Source: a virus
DNA length: 31,765 bases
Strand: one strand, 5' to 3'
IMG/VR virus record: IMGVR_UViG_3300012982_000018
Location: 66,423 to 98,187 of that record
Part shown: positions 1 through 8,352 of the stretch, one piece after another
Layout: each line of letters starts with the position of its first letter
Position numbering within the stretch: the stretch's first letter is position 1
Made by a program: the position numbers and the translations under genes
The notes under the pieces: generated by a model
Databases searched by the model: none
What the model was told of the DNA's origin: nothing
What the model saw: only the letters and a program-made list of their open reading frames with translations

Positions 1-1090
1 TGAGAGGCTCCATGAAGGCTACTTTAGCCTTCGCCTCGTCATAGTGATCGATAATCCAAGATAGTAACGCGAAGGCCTCTTCTTCCGTGTCAAAAAAGAA
101 AGGGTATTCTTCCGGTAACTGTCCGACCGCCCAAGGCTTTCTCGGAAAGACGCCTATAAGCCCCAAGTACATCTGCTCCCAGAATCCGACCGGGAAACCC
201 TCCGTCCTGCTCATTGCCAGGAATACATGTGCTTCCGCAGCTTTCTTCAGGTATTCTTGCCTGCTCAGGCCTGAACAAATCTCAATAGCCGTGTTGGCCT
301 CTAAGACTTGTTTCCCTATTAGTTCTACTACCTTTCTACCATGAGTCGGAGTAGCAACCACAATTCGTATATCCTTCCCGACCTTGAAGAGGCGGTCATA
401 GGTCTTCACAACCAAGTCTATATTTTTGACTTCTTTGGCTCTTGCCCCGAAAAATAGAGTCATCTTAGGATGCTTTGCGACCCCTCGAACCGCATCTACG
501 CTGTCCAGCGGCACCCCGACAGGGCTCACCACCACCCGCTCCATAAATACTTGGATTTCCGATCCGGAGATGTAGCGCCTCAGATTTTGCAGAATTACTT
601 CTTTTTCCCTTTGCGTTAGGGCCACGCACATGTCCGCCGCCTGCCATGCATGCGCCATCAGGCGCCGGTAGTCCTCTCCACCGTGCGGTCTGGGCAAACG
701 GTCGTCCGCTCCAGGCTCTAAGTAAATAACAGGTATAAAGGCATCATCCACTGCCGAAAGCGCCAGCTTCACAGAAGCCACTATGCCGGGGCGGCTGGTC
801 AATACCGCGTCGATACATCTCCAGCCGCTTCGTCGTGAGCACTCTTCGACAACGCGCTGAGGGAGCAGCGCCATCTTGTTGTAGTAGGAAAGCCCTCTAA
901 GCTCTGGCGTTACAATGTAAAAGACACCTTCTACTTCAGGAAGGTCACCTTTTTGTATGTTTCCGTCTACTAGGAGATGTACAAAATCTCCTTTAGACGC
1001 AAAGACCCTGGCTATATCAAGATATAGAAGGAAGTTACTATCTCCTCTGACACTCCGCTTCCCAATGTGAGGGATAAGCAACCATTGCAC
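1..1090 (-). CDS. GT-B fold glycosyltransferase, family 4-like (3' end outside window; not in ORF track)
   Basis: Manual translation from GTG at 1090 (MQWLLIPHIGKRSVRG...) is open to the window edge. It contains FFGARAKEVKNID and the GT4 EX7E motif AMSRTEGFPVGFWEQM. Confidence 0.85.
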   Translation of the reverse strand, partial: MQWLLIPHIGKRSVRGDSNFLLYLDIARVFASKGDFVHLLVDGNIQKGDLPEVEGVFYIVTPELRGLSYYNKMALLPQRVVEECSRRSGWRCIDAVLTSRPGIVASVKLALSAVDDAFIPVIYLEPGADDRLPRPHGGEDYRRLMAHAWQAADMCVALTQREKEVILQNLRRYISGSEIQVFMERVVVSPVGVPLDSVDAVRGVAKHPKMTLFFGARAKEVKNIDLVVKTYDRLFKVGKDIRIVVATPTHGRKVVELIGKQVLEANTAIEICSGLSRQEYLKKAAEAHVFLAMSRTEGFPVGFWEQMYLGLIGVFPRKPWAVGQLPEEYPFFFDTEEEAFALLSWIIDHYDEAKAKVAFMEPL

Positions 1091-1091
1091 G

Positions 1092-1265
1092 TCATTCCTC
1101 GCCGTGCAGATCTTTCATGAACTGCAGTGCCCTCTCTGCAAGCTCTTCATCCGTAAGTTTTTCGATCTTCGTTTTACTATTCTGTAGATACCTGGCAAAT
1201 AAGCACAGGTCCTCTACGCTGCGAGGAACTGGTACCTTTACCATTCTCGTGACTTCAAAGGCCAT
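1092..1265 (-). CDS. hypothetical protein, 57 aa (MAFEVTRMVKVPVPRSVEDL...)
   Basis: Manual translation; fills the gap exactly, 1 nt from each neighbouring gene; GGGG purine run upstream. Confidence 0.6.
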   Translation of the reverse strand: MAFEVTRMVKVPVPRSVEDLCLFARYLQNSKTKIEKLTDEELAERALQFMKDLHGEE

Positions 1266-1266
1266 G

Positions 1267-1479
1267 TCATTCCCCCTTCAATACAGCAGAAAGGTTCTGG
1301 CACTTACCAGAGACAAGCTCCAGCTCAGACACAAGATGCCTTAAAAATTCAGCAAGTGCATGCTCATTGGCAGGCGTATCTAAGTGCGGAATGGCGCTAA
1401 GTCGCTCTTTCCACGCGTTCAGGATGACAGCACAGCTGTCTACTTCAGCCTGAAGTACTTCCCTCGTTACTGTGATCAT
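1267..1479 (-). CDS. hypothetical helical protein, 70 aa (start MITVTREV)
   Basis: Sub-ORF of track ORF 1267..1554; GGAG SD just upstream of ATG 1479. Confidence 0.55.
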   Translation of the reverse strand: MITVTREVLQAEVDSCAVILNAWKERLSAIPHLDTPANEHALAEFLRHLVSELELVSGKCQNLSAVLKGE

Positions 1480-2317
1480 CAGATACTCCCTGGACCAGCT
1501 CTTCAAGATTGTCCAAACCATGGACGATCTCCCCCGACCGGGGATCCATCGCAACGATTCTTACGTTCAGAAGCTGCTCAATCTTAGCCAGGTACTTAGC
1601 TTTTTGCTCCGGACCGGCCTTTGTGAACTCATTCGTAGCAAGGAAATCCATACAAATCAAGTCTAAGTTGTGACTTTTCTTATTCGAGCCCGAAAGTTCC
1701 ATGGAGCGCTCAAGAGCCTTGTGTACATTGTCACGCTGATCTGTGTACAATTGAAATACTTCCGGATGTAGCTTCTCTATCGGAGGAACCAATGGTTCCG
1801 CATCTTTGTTGTCCAGATCTTCGGGCATATTGCTGTACTCTTGTCTGTAGCGCGCAATGGCCTCAACCAGTTCAGGATAGCTGCAAACCTTTGCGCGCTC
1901 TAGCCATTCGGCCGCATTACGTAGCGTAAGGACCCGCACAAGTTCGCGGACCTTACACCAACCTAAGTTGATGATCTGCTGCTTCAGCGCTGGATTCATT
2001 CCGGCCAACTCCACTTCCAGCCGGTAGAATATCGATCGCAGGTGCTCTGCTTTTCTGCGCTTTAGGTTTAGCTCTACTTCCGCATATTGCTGGAAGCTCT
2101 CGTAACCCCACTGCTTAAAGATAGGCCCATTTTTAGGGTCGCCATTAATAGGAACATCGTACACCTGGTACAAGATCCTACCCAACTCCATATAGGCCGT
2201 TTCCAGCTGCGCAGACAGATCTTTAGCGCGGCGGCGAACTCTTGCCCCCCACTGTTTGGTACCAACACCTTCTTCAAGGGAATAGCCGCCTTCCACGAGT
2301 TTCAATTCTGCCGTCAC
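1445..2317 (-). CDS. hypothetical DNA-binding protein, DUF3102-like helical N-terminal region
   Basis: 290-aa ORF; ELGRILY...WGYESFQQYAEVELNLKRRKA resembles the DUF3102-type phage HTH pattern (recall); GTGA overlap with the ruvC stop. Confidence 0.5.
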   Translation of the reverse strand: MTAELKLVEGGYSLEEGVGTKQWGARVRRRAKDLSAQLETAYMELGRILYQVYDVPINGDPKNGPIFKQWGYESFQQYAEVELNLKRRKAEHLRSIFYRLEVELAGMNPALKQQIINLGWCKVRELVRVLTLRNAAEWLERAKVCSYPELVEAIARYRQEYSNMPEDLDNKDAEPLVPPIEKLHPEVFQLYTDQRDNVHKALERSMELSGSNKKSHNLDLICMDFLATNEFTKAGPEQKAKYLAKIEQLLNVRIVAMDPRSGEIVHGLDNLEELVQGVSDDHSNEGSTSG

Positions 2318-2871
2318 TTAGATAGTCTCCTGGCCATGACAACGGCATCACTATCGAAACAGGTTATAGCCGATGCTAGGGCGTCGAATGCATGATTATG
2401 CAGCGATACCCTGACGCCAACAAGAAATTTTGATAGGTCATACTTGGCCTTCACAGCTCTTTCGACATCTTCTTTCGAAGCGTCCTTTTTTCCGCATAAA
2501 CGCTTCTTTACTTCCTGCGGAGAGGCCTGGACAATAGGTGTATTAGTCAACTTAGCTATACAACCTATAGCTCCGAAACACAATGCAACCTTAGCAGCGG
2601 CTCCAGCATTTCGAGGATAAGAAATGGCTTCGGAGCATATTATTTTTACAGAATTGATTCGTATCTTTTCATCTATGAATAATGCGATCTCTCCCACCCT
2701 CCGGAGATTATCGTCACAGGCCAGTACATGTCTTTTCTTGTCAGACTGCTCAGTAGAAAATATACCCATATCTATAATGGTTTCGCCCTCTCCGTCTATG
2801 CGTAACAGACACCACCCTAAGCTAGCGAAACCAGGGTCCAACCCTAGAATTGTTACACCATTAGTCACCAT
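2314..2871 (-). CDS. ruvC: RuvC Holliday junction resolvase
   Basis: ILGLDPGFASLGW, catalytic E (CSEA), SPQEVKK...ASKEDV, HAFDALA. Confidence 0.92.
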   Translation of the reverse strand: MVTNGVTILGLDPGFASLGWCLLRIDGEGETIIDMGIFSTEQSDKKRHVLACDDNLRRVGEIALFIDEKIRINSVKIICSEAISYPRNAGAAAKVALCFGAIGCIAKLTNTPIVQASPQEVKKRLCGKKDASKEDVERAVKAKYDLSKFLVGVRVSLHNHAFDALASAITCFDSDAVVMARRLSK

Positions 2872-2877
2872 GTGTTA

Positions 2878-2905
2878 AGTTTGCCATGGTAATATTTGAT
2901 AGCAA
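2878..2905 (-). promoter_or_regulatory. putative sigma70-type promoter for leaderless ruvC
   Basis: TTGCTA-N16-CAAACT with extended TG; ATG 6 nt downstream; no SD. Confidence 0.4.
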
Positions 2906-2926
2906 ACTATTAGCCAAATAACACTG

Positions 2927-3283
2927 TTACCCTAAGAAAAATTCCTTCTTCTTCCTCAAGAAATTTACCCTAGAGGTTATAGCTATTGCAGCTACAATTC
3001 GATCAGCGTCTCCACAACTGCGCAACTCCCCACTTTCATTTTTAGGAAGCTCCTTTCCTAGCTCCTTCTCTATGTGCTTTACCAATTCTTCCAGATCCAC
3101 CTTATTACGCTTACCCCAAGGATATTCATACATGATGCACAAAGAGCAGACTGTGAGTGGTTCCTGCGACGGAACGGTAATCACCCAGCGCCCTTGGAGC
3201 TTGCCGCACTTAGCACAAGCTGCACCCTGAAACTGCATAGGTAAGGGCTTTAGCGTAAAACCGTCGATGAAAACAGGCTTCAT
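2927..3283 (-). CDS. hypothetical CxxC...CxxC Zn-binding protein
   Basis: CAKC and CSLC; ATGA overlap with the upstream gene. Confidence 0.7.
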   Translation of the reverse strand: MKPVFIDGFTLKPLPMQFQGAACAKCGKLQGRWVITVPSQEPLTVCSLCIMYEYPWGKRNKVDLEELVKHIEKELGKELPKNESGELRSCGDADRIVAAIAITSRVNFLRKKKEFFLG

Positions 3284-4107
3284 TTTTCCTCAAAGCATAT
3301 GTCGACTACAGGGCATCCCTTGGCCCTGGGACAACCCTTGTCCGCGCAGATACGCTCTGGAAGAGCGCCACCGTCAATGCCATTCCAGATATAGGTCAGC
3401 GCCTTCTTTATCTCGACTAGGGTATCTTCGTCTCTTTCCACATGATGCTCTGTAAGAGCGGAGAGGCCGTGTCCACCTTTCTCCCAATAGAGAATCTTCG
3501 CCCACTTCAACCCCGTCAGCCAAAGGTAACATTGCGCTTGGATCACATGATCCATCTGCGGAGTCTGCTTGACTTTCCAGGCTTGACCAATGCTCTTAGC
3601 TTCTATTATACCCTTACCAGGAAGGCCAGGAATAACCAAGAAGCCATCAGGATGACCTGTTATTCGGAACTCCTTATTTATGAAGTGTTGCTCTACATAC
3701 GTGAATTCTGCTGTGCCGCACTCGTTGCAGCGGTCCGGCCTTAGAACGAGCGCAGAGAGGTCGTTGTCTCCGATTAGCTGTCCATGTGCCTTCCCACAAC
3801 CAAAGCATTTCCATACTCCTATGAGTATACCTACCTTAGGCAGGACTTGATTTTGTAGCACCCAGTGCAGCGCCGTACCGTGCGCAAAAATCATAGAAAG
3901 ATCAGGCTCTACAGTCTCTTCACGCGTGACCTTATTTACCGAACAAAGGACTTCTTCTCTCGGGCATAAATCCGCCAAAGCCGAAACGCGAACATAAGAC
4001 TCCTTGTTCAAGGGAGTAATTTCTTTCTCCTGACAAAATCCACGTTTGAGTAGTTCTTTTATAGAACCATTCGCATTAGCCAGTGCCAGAACCTTCCCCA
4101 GCGCCAT
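3280..4107 (-). CDS. Cas4-like PD-(D/E)XK exonuclease with Fe-S-type cysteines and a Zn-ribbon insert
   Basis: GHPDG...IIEAKS, QAQCY, N-terminal LCPR plus C-terminal C-x4-C-x5-C-x5-C; inserted CFGC/CNEC. Confidence 0.85.
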   Translation of the reverse strand: MALGKVLALANANGSIKELLKRGFCQEKEITPLNKESYVRVSALADLCPREEVLCSVNKVTREETVEPDLSMIFAHGTALHWVLQNQVLPKVGILIGVWKCFGCGKAHGQLIGDNDLSALVLRPDRCNECGTAEFTYVEQHFINKEFRITGHPDGFLVIPGLPGKGIIEAKSIGQAWKVKQTPQMDHVIQAQCYLWLTGLKWAKILYWEKGGHGLSALTEHHVERDEDTLVEIKKALTYIWNGIDGGALPERICADKGCPRAKGCPVVDICFEEK

Positions 4108-4409
4108 TTTTTTCCTTGGTGATGCTTCACCACTAGTTTAAGTGTATATAACTCATTCTCAACTCGTTTTAGTAAACCCTCCGCCTCTCTGTTCGTAAGC
4201 TTCATCCCGCACTCGGGGCATTGCCAGAATCCGTTTTCGCCTTGCCACCGGAAGTAAGCCTCACAGCTAATGCACTCGAACAACGCATACTCATCCCCAC
4301 TTTCAGCCAAAGAAAATGTGACCTTGGCTGGAGACCTCGGGATTACAATAAACCCTTCAACCTCCTCAATGGTATCAGGAATCGCTTTTGTCAGCCGAGT
4401 CTTCGTCAT
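4059..4409 (-). CDS. Zn-ribbon hypothetical protein
   Basis: CISC...WQCPECG. Confidence 0.65.
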   Translation of the reverse strand: MTKTRLTKAIPDTIEEVEGFIVIPRSPAKVTFSLAESGDEYALFECISCEAYFRWQGENGFWQCPECGMKLTNREAEGLLKRVENELYTLKLVVKHHQGKKWRWGRFWHWLMRMVL

Positions 4410-4548
4410 TTTCGTTGATTATCTCTTTAAGTTTGTTGAGCCAGATTCGATCTTTTATACGGTCTTCTAGCAGCGGGTCTCCCTCAAATGCCCGTGTTTC
4501 CCAATACAACCAGCGTATGAAAGCTATAAGCTTACTAGATCTCTTCAT
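4375..4548 (-). CDS. hypothetical protein, 57 aa (MKRSSKLIAFIRWLYWE...)
   Basis: Manual translation; fills the gap between the flanking ORFs on the coding strand. Confidence 0.5.
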   Translation of the reverse strand: MKRSSKLIAFIRWLYWETRAFEGDPLLEDRIKDRIWLNKLKEIINENDEDSADKSDS

Positions 4549-4915
4549 TAAGCAGTCTCTTCAACACTGAAAGGGGAATGATAGCCCAGTCCTGGGGAAT
4601 TTCAGATGCATCTTCAAAGGTTATTACGACGGCCGGGTCTTTTGCTACCGCTCTAGCACCATCGCATACCTTCTCAAGCCACTCTCTCTTAATAGAGATG
4701 GAGGCCTTCTCTGTACGCTTATGCTCTACATGAAGAGTGGGCGTTTTTATGTCCCCATTAGCAGTGGACTTGTTCCACTTTGACCAACGATTCGCTCCTG
4801 AACGCGGAAGGCGCTTACCGCCTAATTCCTTAGCAATACGTTTTTCATGCTTCTTCGACTTTTGAACCTTGCCGTAATTGGGGTTCTCCAGCCACTTCGG
4901 TGTGGGCTTCGACAT
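4535..4915 (-). CDS. Hjc-like (PD-(D/E)XK) phage Holliday junction resolvase
   Basis: HEKRIA...RSGA...GDI...VEHKRT...SIKREWL. Confidence 0.75.
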   Translation of the reverse strand: MSKPTPKWLENPNYGKVQKSKKHEKRIAKELGGKRLPRSGANRWSKWNKSTANGDIKTPTLHVEHKRTEKASISIKREWLEKVCDGARAVAKDPAVVITFEDASEIPQDWAIIPLSVLKRLLNEEI

Positions 4916-7164
4916 TAGCCGGCCAGCAGAATTGCCATAAGGGCGTCTCGCAACTTCTTGCTGAAGTCCTTATTGGTAAGAAGCTCCTCCTCGATCTTAG
5001 ACTTTCCTTGAAAAGACTGTCCGAGGCACGTCCAATGTGAACCACCGCCAGTAATCAGTCCCACGCGATGTGCCTGCGCCACCACAAAGTTCTCGTCGTA
5101 AACTTCACCGGCCTTTTTTGTAGCGGTGTCGGTAAGAATAAGCTTGTAGTCCCCCTCCATGCGGGCAGGAGCGGTTTTGTTTTTCTCAATCTTGAATCTA
5201 AGCTCTACACTTAGAGGTCTGTTTATTGAGTCGTCAACGTCATACTTTCCAGCCGCCGTTCGGACTTCCACCGAGCTTGCGAAGCCCGGCGCGTACCCGC
5301 CAGGAGTCGTTTCAGGGGAATTGTGAACAACCACTCCCCGGCTGTCGCCTCCTACAAGGTAAAAACTATTGTCTTCTATAGTAAGGTCATACTTGGTCTT
5401 ACTACGATGCTTCCGCCTGGAGCGATGGATCGAAGTAACTGTACTACTTTCCACAACTCGGCGCGCTACAGCGGGCTGCGGTGTTGGCTTGGCTTTCGCC
5501 AAGTACCTCAACTTCGGCGGCAGTTTGTACGCCATACACTCTGGAATACTTTCTGCGATCATCTTACAGAATGCGGCTGTAGCTTCTACATCTAGAATTA
5601 GAGCACGTTGAGAATTGGAGTACTTTATATTAACTTTAAGCTTAGCTGCCAGCGTTGCTGCTACCGCGACCGCCTCCTCCGATGAGAGTCTATTTACAGA
5701 AATGCGGACTCTCATGCGGCTGTCGGTTTGATCTAAAGAGCCATCGTCGCAGTACCATATAGCCAATTGCTTGGACGTAATGTTACTTATTACTTCGAGC
5801 GGAATAGTTCTATAAGTTGCGCTATCGGGCGCCGCCGAGCCACCTGTATTTTTAGGGTAAAAGAGATGCCTATACTTTCTTAGCTCCCACTTAGCCTCTG
5901 ATACTAATATATGCCGGCCGCTTGTAATCCCTTCTGCGAAGCCCATCGATGTGAAATGCGCTCGCTTCCATTCTCTGTACTCAGGCTGCTCTGTGTTACA
6001 GAGTTTAAACGTGTAGGTGTCTGTTAGACATCCGTCCCCCAACATAGACCCGATAATCACATCTTTCTCGCTCTCAGTTAGGCTTTCTATACTCCAAGAC
6101 GCTAGTGTGTCTCCTACCTTTACGTCTGACGCGCGCACCTCATCACCGGTGCTCCGGACAAGTACGTGGTTCGGAGTGCAAGTAAACCCCATTGAACCTC
6201 GCACTCCTCCGGTCCCTGTGGTCTTGAATGTCAGCCAAGATTCTCCATTATCAAGAGGGCCATTGTTGTGCCAGGCCACGATATTCCGTTCTACAATTTG
6301 GGAACCGTCCCACGACAGAACCGGACCGACTAGTTTTTGCTCTACTACTTCTCGAATAGAGTGCTGACTTCCGTCTGCGAACATTACCGGAGTGTCTTCG
6401 TGAAAACACCCGAACATAACTCCGAGCTTCATTCGGATTTGATTAGTAAAAAACACAGTAGGACGCCTACCGGTGTCATTGCCCATCTGATTCATGGCAG
6501 AGACAAACTTTCGTACGCCCTTCCCGATCATTCGGGGCTGGACGCCCATTAGATCCTTGGCAATCTCTTCCTCAATCTCTTTCGCTGGAGTGAGAAAAGC
6601 CAAAGAGTCGATAACAATAACATCCGCAAGCCCGTCTCTTAAAACAGCCTCAGCTATGTCAAAAGCTTGCTCGCCGTAATCTGGCTGCGAGATGAAAAGC
6701 TTATCCGTGTTCACCCCATGTCTCTGTGCCCACTTCCGGTCGAAGGTCCCTTCCACGTCAAAGTAAGCAACCACGGTCTCTCTGTAGTTCTTGCACTTGC
6801 AGTCGAATTGCCAGCAGTTCGCGCACATCTTTTGCGCGTTCCCTATGGCCTTTAGGAGCATCGTGGTTTTTGACGAGGACTTCGGCCCGTATACTGTGCT
6901 AACTCGACCTACAGGGAATCCGCCCCCTAGACCAACATCCAAAGGGAAGATACCTGTGGGTATGCGTGCAAGCTGCTGCGTTCCTAGCTCCGACGCCAGC
7001 ATAAACGTTGAAGCGCCGTGTTTCTTCTTGATCTTATCAACAATCTCACTATTCAATATGTCCTGAATACGAGAAGGCTTATCGACTTTACTGGCCGCTT
7101 CCTCAGCTACGTAAGTAACAACACCGTCCGCATCCACTACTTCAACTTGTTTCTTCTTGGCCAT
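4915..7164 (-). CDS. recA: RecA recombinase containing an intein
   Basis: IPTG..LD..LGGG.P.GR, Walker A GPKSSSKTT, VIDSLA, FTNQIRMKLGVMFG//SPETTPGG, KNK. Confidence 0.96.
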   Translation of the reverse strand: MAKKKQVEVVDADGVVTYVAEEAASKVDKPSRIQDILNSEIVDKIKKKHGASTFMLASELGTQQLARIPTGIFPLDVGLGGGFPVGRVSTVYGPKSSSKTTMLLKAIGNAQKMCANCWQFDCKCKNYRETVVAYFDVEGTFDRKWAQRHGVNTDKLFISQPDYGEQAFDIAEAVLRDGLADVIVIDSLAFLTPAKEIEEEIAKDLMGVQPRMIGKGVRKFVSAMNQMGNDTGRRPTVFFTNQIRMKLGVMFGCFHEDTPVMFADGSQHSIREVVEQKLVGPVLSWDGSQIVERNIVAWHNNGPLDNGESWLTFKTTGTGGVRGSMGFTCTPNHVLVRSTGDEVRASDVKVGDTLASWSIESLTESEKDVIIGSMLGDGCLTDTYTFKLCNTEQPEYREWKRAHFTSMGFAEGITSGRHILVSEAKWELRKYRHLFYPKNTGGSAAPDSATYRTIPLEVISNITSKQLAIWYCDDGSLDQTDSRMRVRISVNRLSSEEAVAVAATLAAKLKVNIKYSNSQRALILDVEATAAFCKMIAESIPECMAYKLPPKLRYLAKAKPTPQPAVARRVVESSTVTSIHRSRRKHRSKTKYDLTIEDNSFYLVGGDSRGVVVHNSPETTPGGYAPGFASSVEVRTAAGKYDVDDSINRPLSVELRFKIEKNKTAPARMEGDYKLILTDTATKKAGEVYDENFVVAQAHRVGLITGGGSHWTCLGQSFQGKSKIEEELLTNKDFSKKLRDALMAILLAG
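5320..6408 (-). mobile_element. Intein (363 aa) with LAGLIDADG homing endonuclease in RecA, at the VMFG/SPETT site (Mle RecA-type site)
   Basis: Starts CFHEDT, block B TPNH, IIGSMLGDG and WYCDDG motifs, ends VVHN before S. Confidence 0.93.
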
Positions 7165-7535
7165 TAGTAACTAGCTCCTCTTAAGGAGCCCTTTACATAG
7201 TTCTTTATCTCCTGCACTTCCGCCTGGACGCGGTCCTCAATCCACTTCTTAGCGTACTCGTAGGCCTTCGTGTGCTCTTCAGGCTTGTTCGCGCAGGGAA
7301 GGCGCAAACTTACAGAGATCCTGGCCGATTCGTAGTTGCCTAGGTTGAGTGTAACCCCATGTTCAATGCCGACCATCGCCGGCTCTTCCGCGAATTCCTT
7401 TACCCCTAGAACCTCTGTCTTGTCCTTCAATTCAGGGACAGTTTCTCCTGTCTTCTTTATCTCAGTAGAAACAAATGCTTCTTCTGGTACAAGCTTAGCC
7501 TTCAACTTTCTCTTGGGTTTTTCATCTTGAAACAT
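7164..7535 (-). CDS. hypothetical phage protein (TLNLGNYESARI motif)
   Basis: 123-aa ORF, stop overlaps the recA start. Confidence 0.7.
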   Translation of the reverse strand: MFQDEKPKRKLKAKLVPEEAFVSTEIKKTGETVPELKDKTEVLGVKEFAEEPAMVGIEHGVTLNLGNYESARISVSLRLPCANKPEEHTKAYEYAKKWIEDRVQAEVQEIKNYVKGSLRGASY

Positions 7536-7547
7536 AGTTTTATGTCC

Positions 7548-8345
7548 TTACTTTTTCAGCTCTAGCTGGGCTCCAATGATACCTAGCGCTTTCCAGCGCC
7601 TGTAGATATCATCATATACGCGCTTCCATTCTGCGGCCCCTCTAACATCTTCATTGGAGTCTACAGCAGTTTTTACAGCCTCGATCATATCGATAGTATA
7701 CAAACGATACTGCGTGGACGAGAATCTGAACGGAGTCTTAGGTATGTATTCCTTCTGCTCCATCTGTTCCACTGTGATAACGGTACGATTTATGTACTGA
7801 GCCAGTACACCTATTCTAAACATCATCTCCTCTCTGACAGATCCGTCAGATAAGGTGAGTATACAGGACAGACCTCTAGGCATATACCTAGATTTTGAAG
7901 GAGTATCGTCTATCTTACCTTGAACTTTCAATTTAGAAACAATTTCTTCTACCATACTCAAGGTGTAGAGACGGTCTCCCTTGGAGTTATGATAAGGAGT
8001 TGTGGGAAGCTTACCTTGCTTCTCCCAAAGCCGAATTGCTTGAACCGACCGGCCTACAGCCTTAGCAACTGCCCCTATCGTGAGCATGGGGGCGATTGTC
8101 TTCTTACCTTCGACTTCAATCTCCATATCGATGGTTTTCCAAGGCTGGGCAGACACCTTCACAACAAGCGCGTCCTTCTCCTCCTTGCGCTCCTTTTTAA
8201 CCTCGTCGCGTCGTCTCTCACGACTCGCACGATTGCGCTCAAGAACTTGCTTTCTATACTCGGGGTCGCTTTGATAGCGATCTCGCCTATTGTTGTTTAG
8301 GCGCTCGCCGTTCGCCTGGTACCACTCTTTGAATGAGAAACCCAT
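7548..8345 (-). CDS. DNA-binding protein with two MerR-type HTH domains
   Basis: LTIGAVAKAVGRSVQAIRLWEKQGKLP...RLYT and FRIGVLAQYINRTVITVEQMEQKEYIP...RLYT. Confidence 0.8.
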   Translation of the reverse strand: MGFSFKEWYQANGERLNNNRRDRYQSDPEYRKQVLERNRASRERRRDEVKKERKEEKDALVVKVSAQPWKTIDMEIEVEGKKTIAPMLTIGAVAKAVGRSVQAIRLWEKQGKLPTTPYHNSKGDRLYTLSMVEEIVSKLKVQGKIDDTPSKSRYMPRGLSCILTLSDGSVREEMMFRIGVLAQYINRTVITVEQMEQKEYIPKTPFRFSSTQYRLYTIDMIEAVKTAVDSNEDVRGAAEWKRVYDDIYRRWKALGIIGAQLELKK

Positions 8346-8352
8346 ATTATCC

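Noticed and set aside
2900-2916. sigma54 promoter (TGGC-N7-TTGC)
   Set aside because: The GG-N10-GC spacing fits, but it is a single instance overlapping an equally plausible sigma70-like promoter; not distinguishable from sequence alone.
3280-4107. CRISPR-Cas locus
   Set aside because: Solo Cas4-like nuclease; no repeat-spacer array or other cas genes seen.
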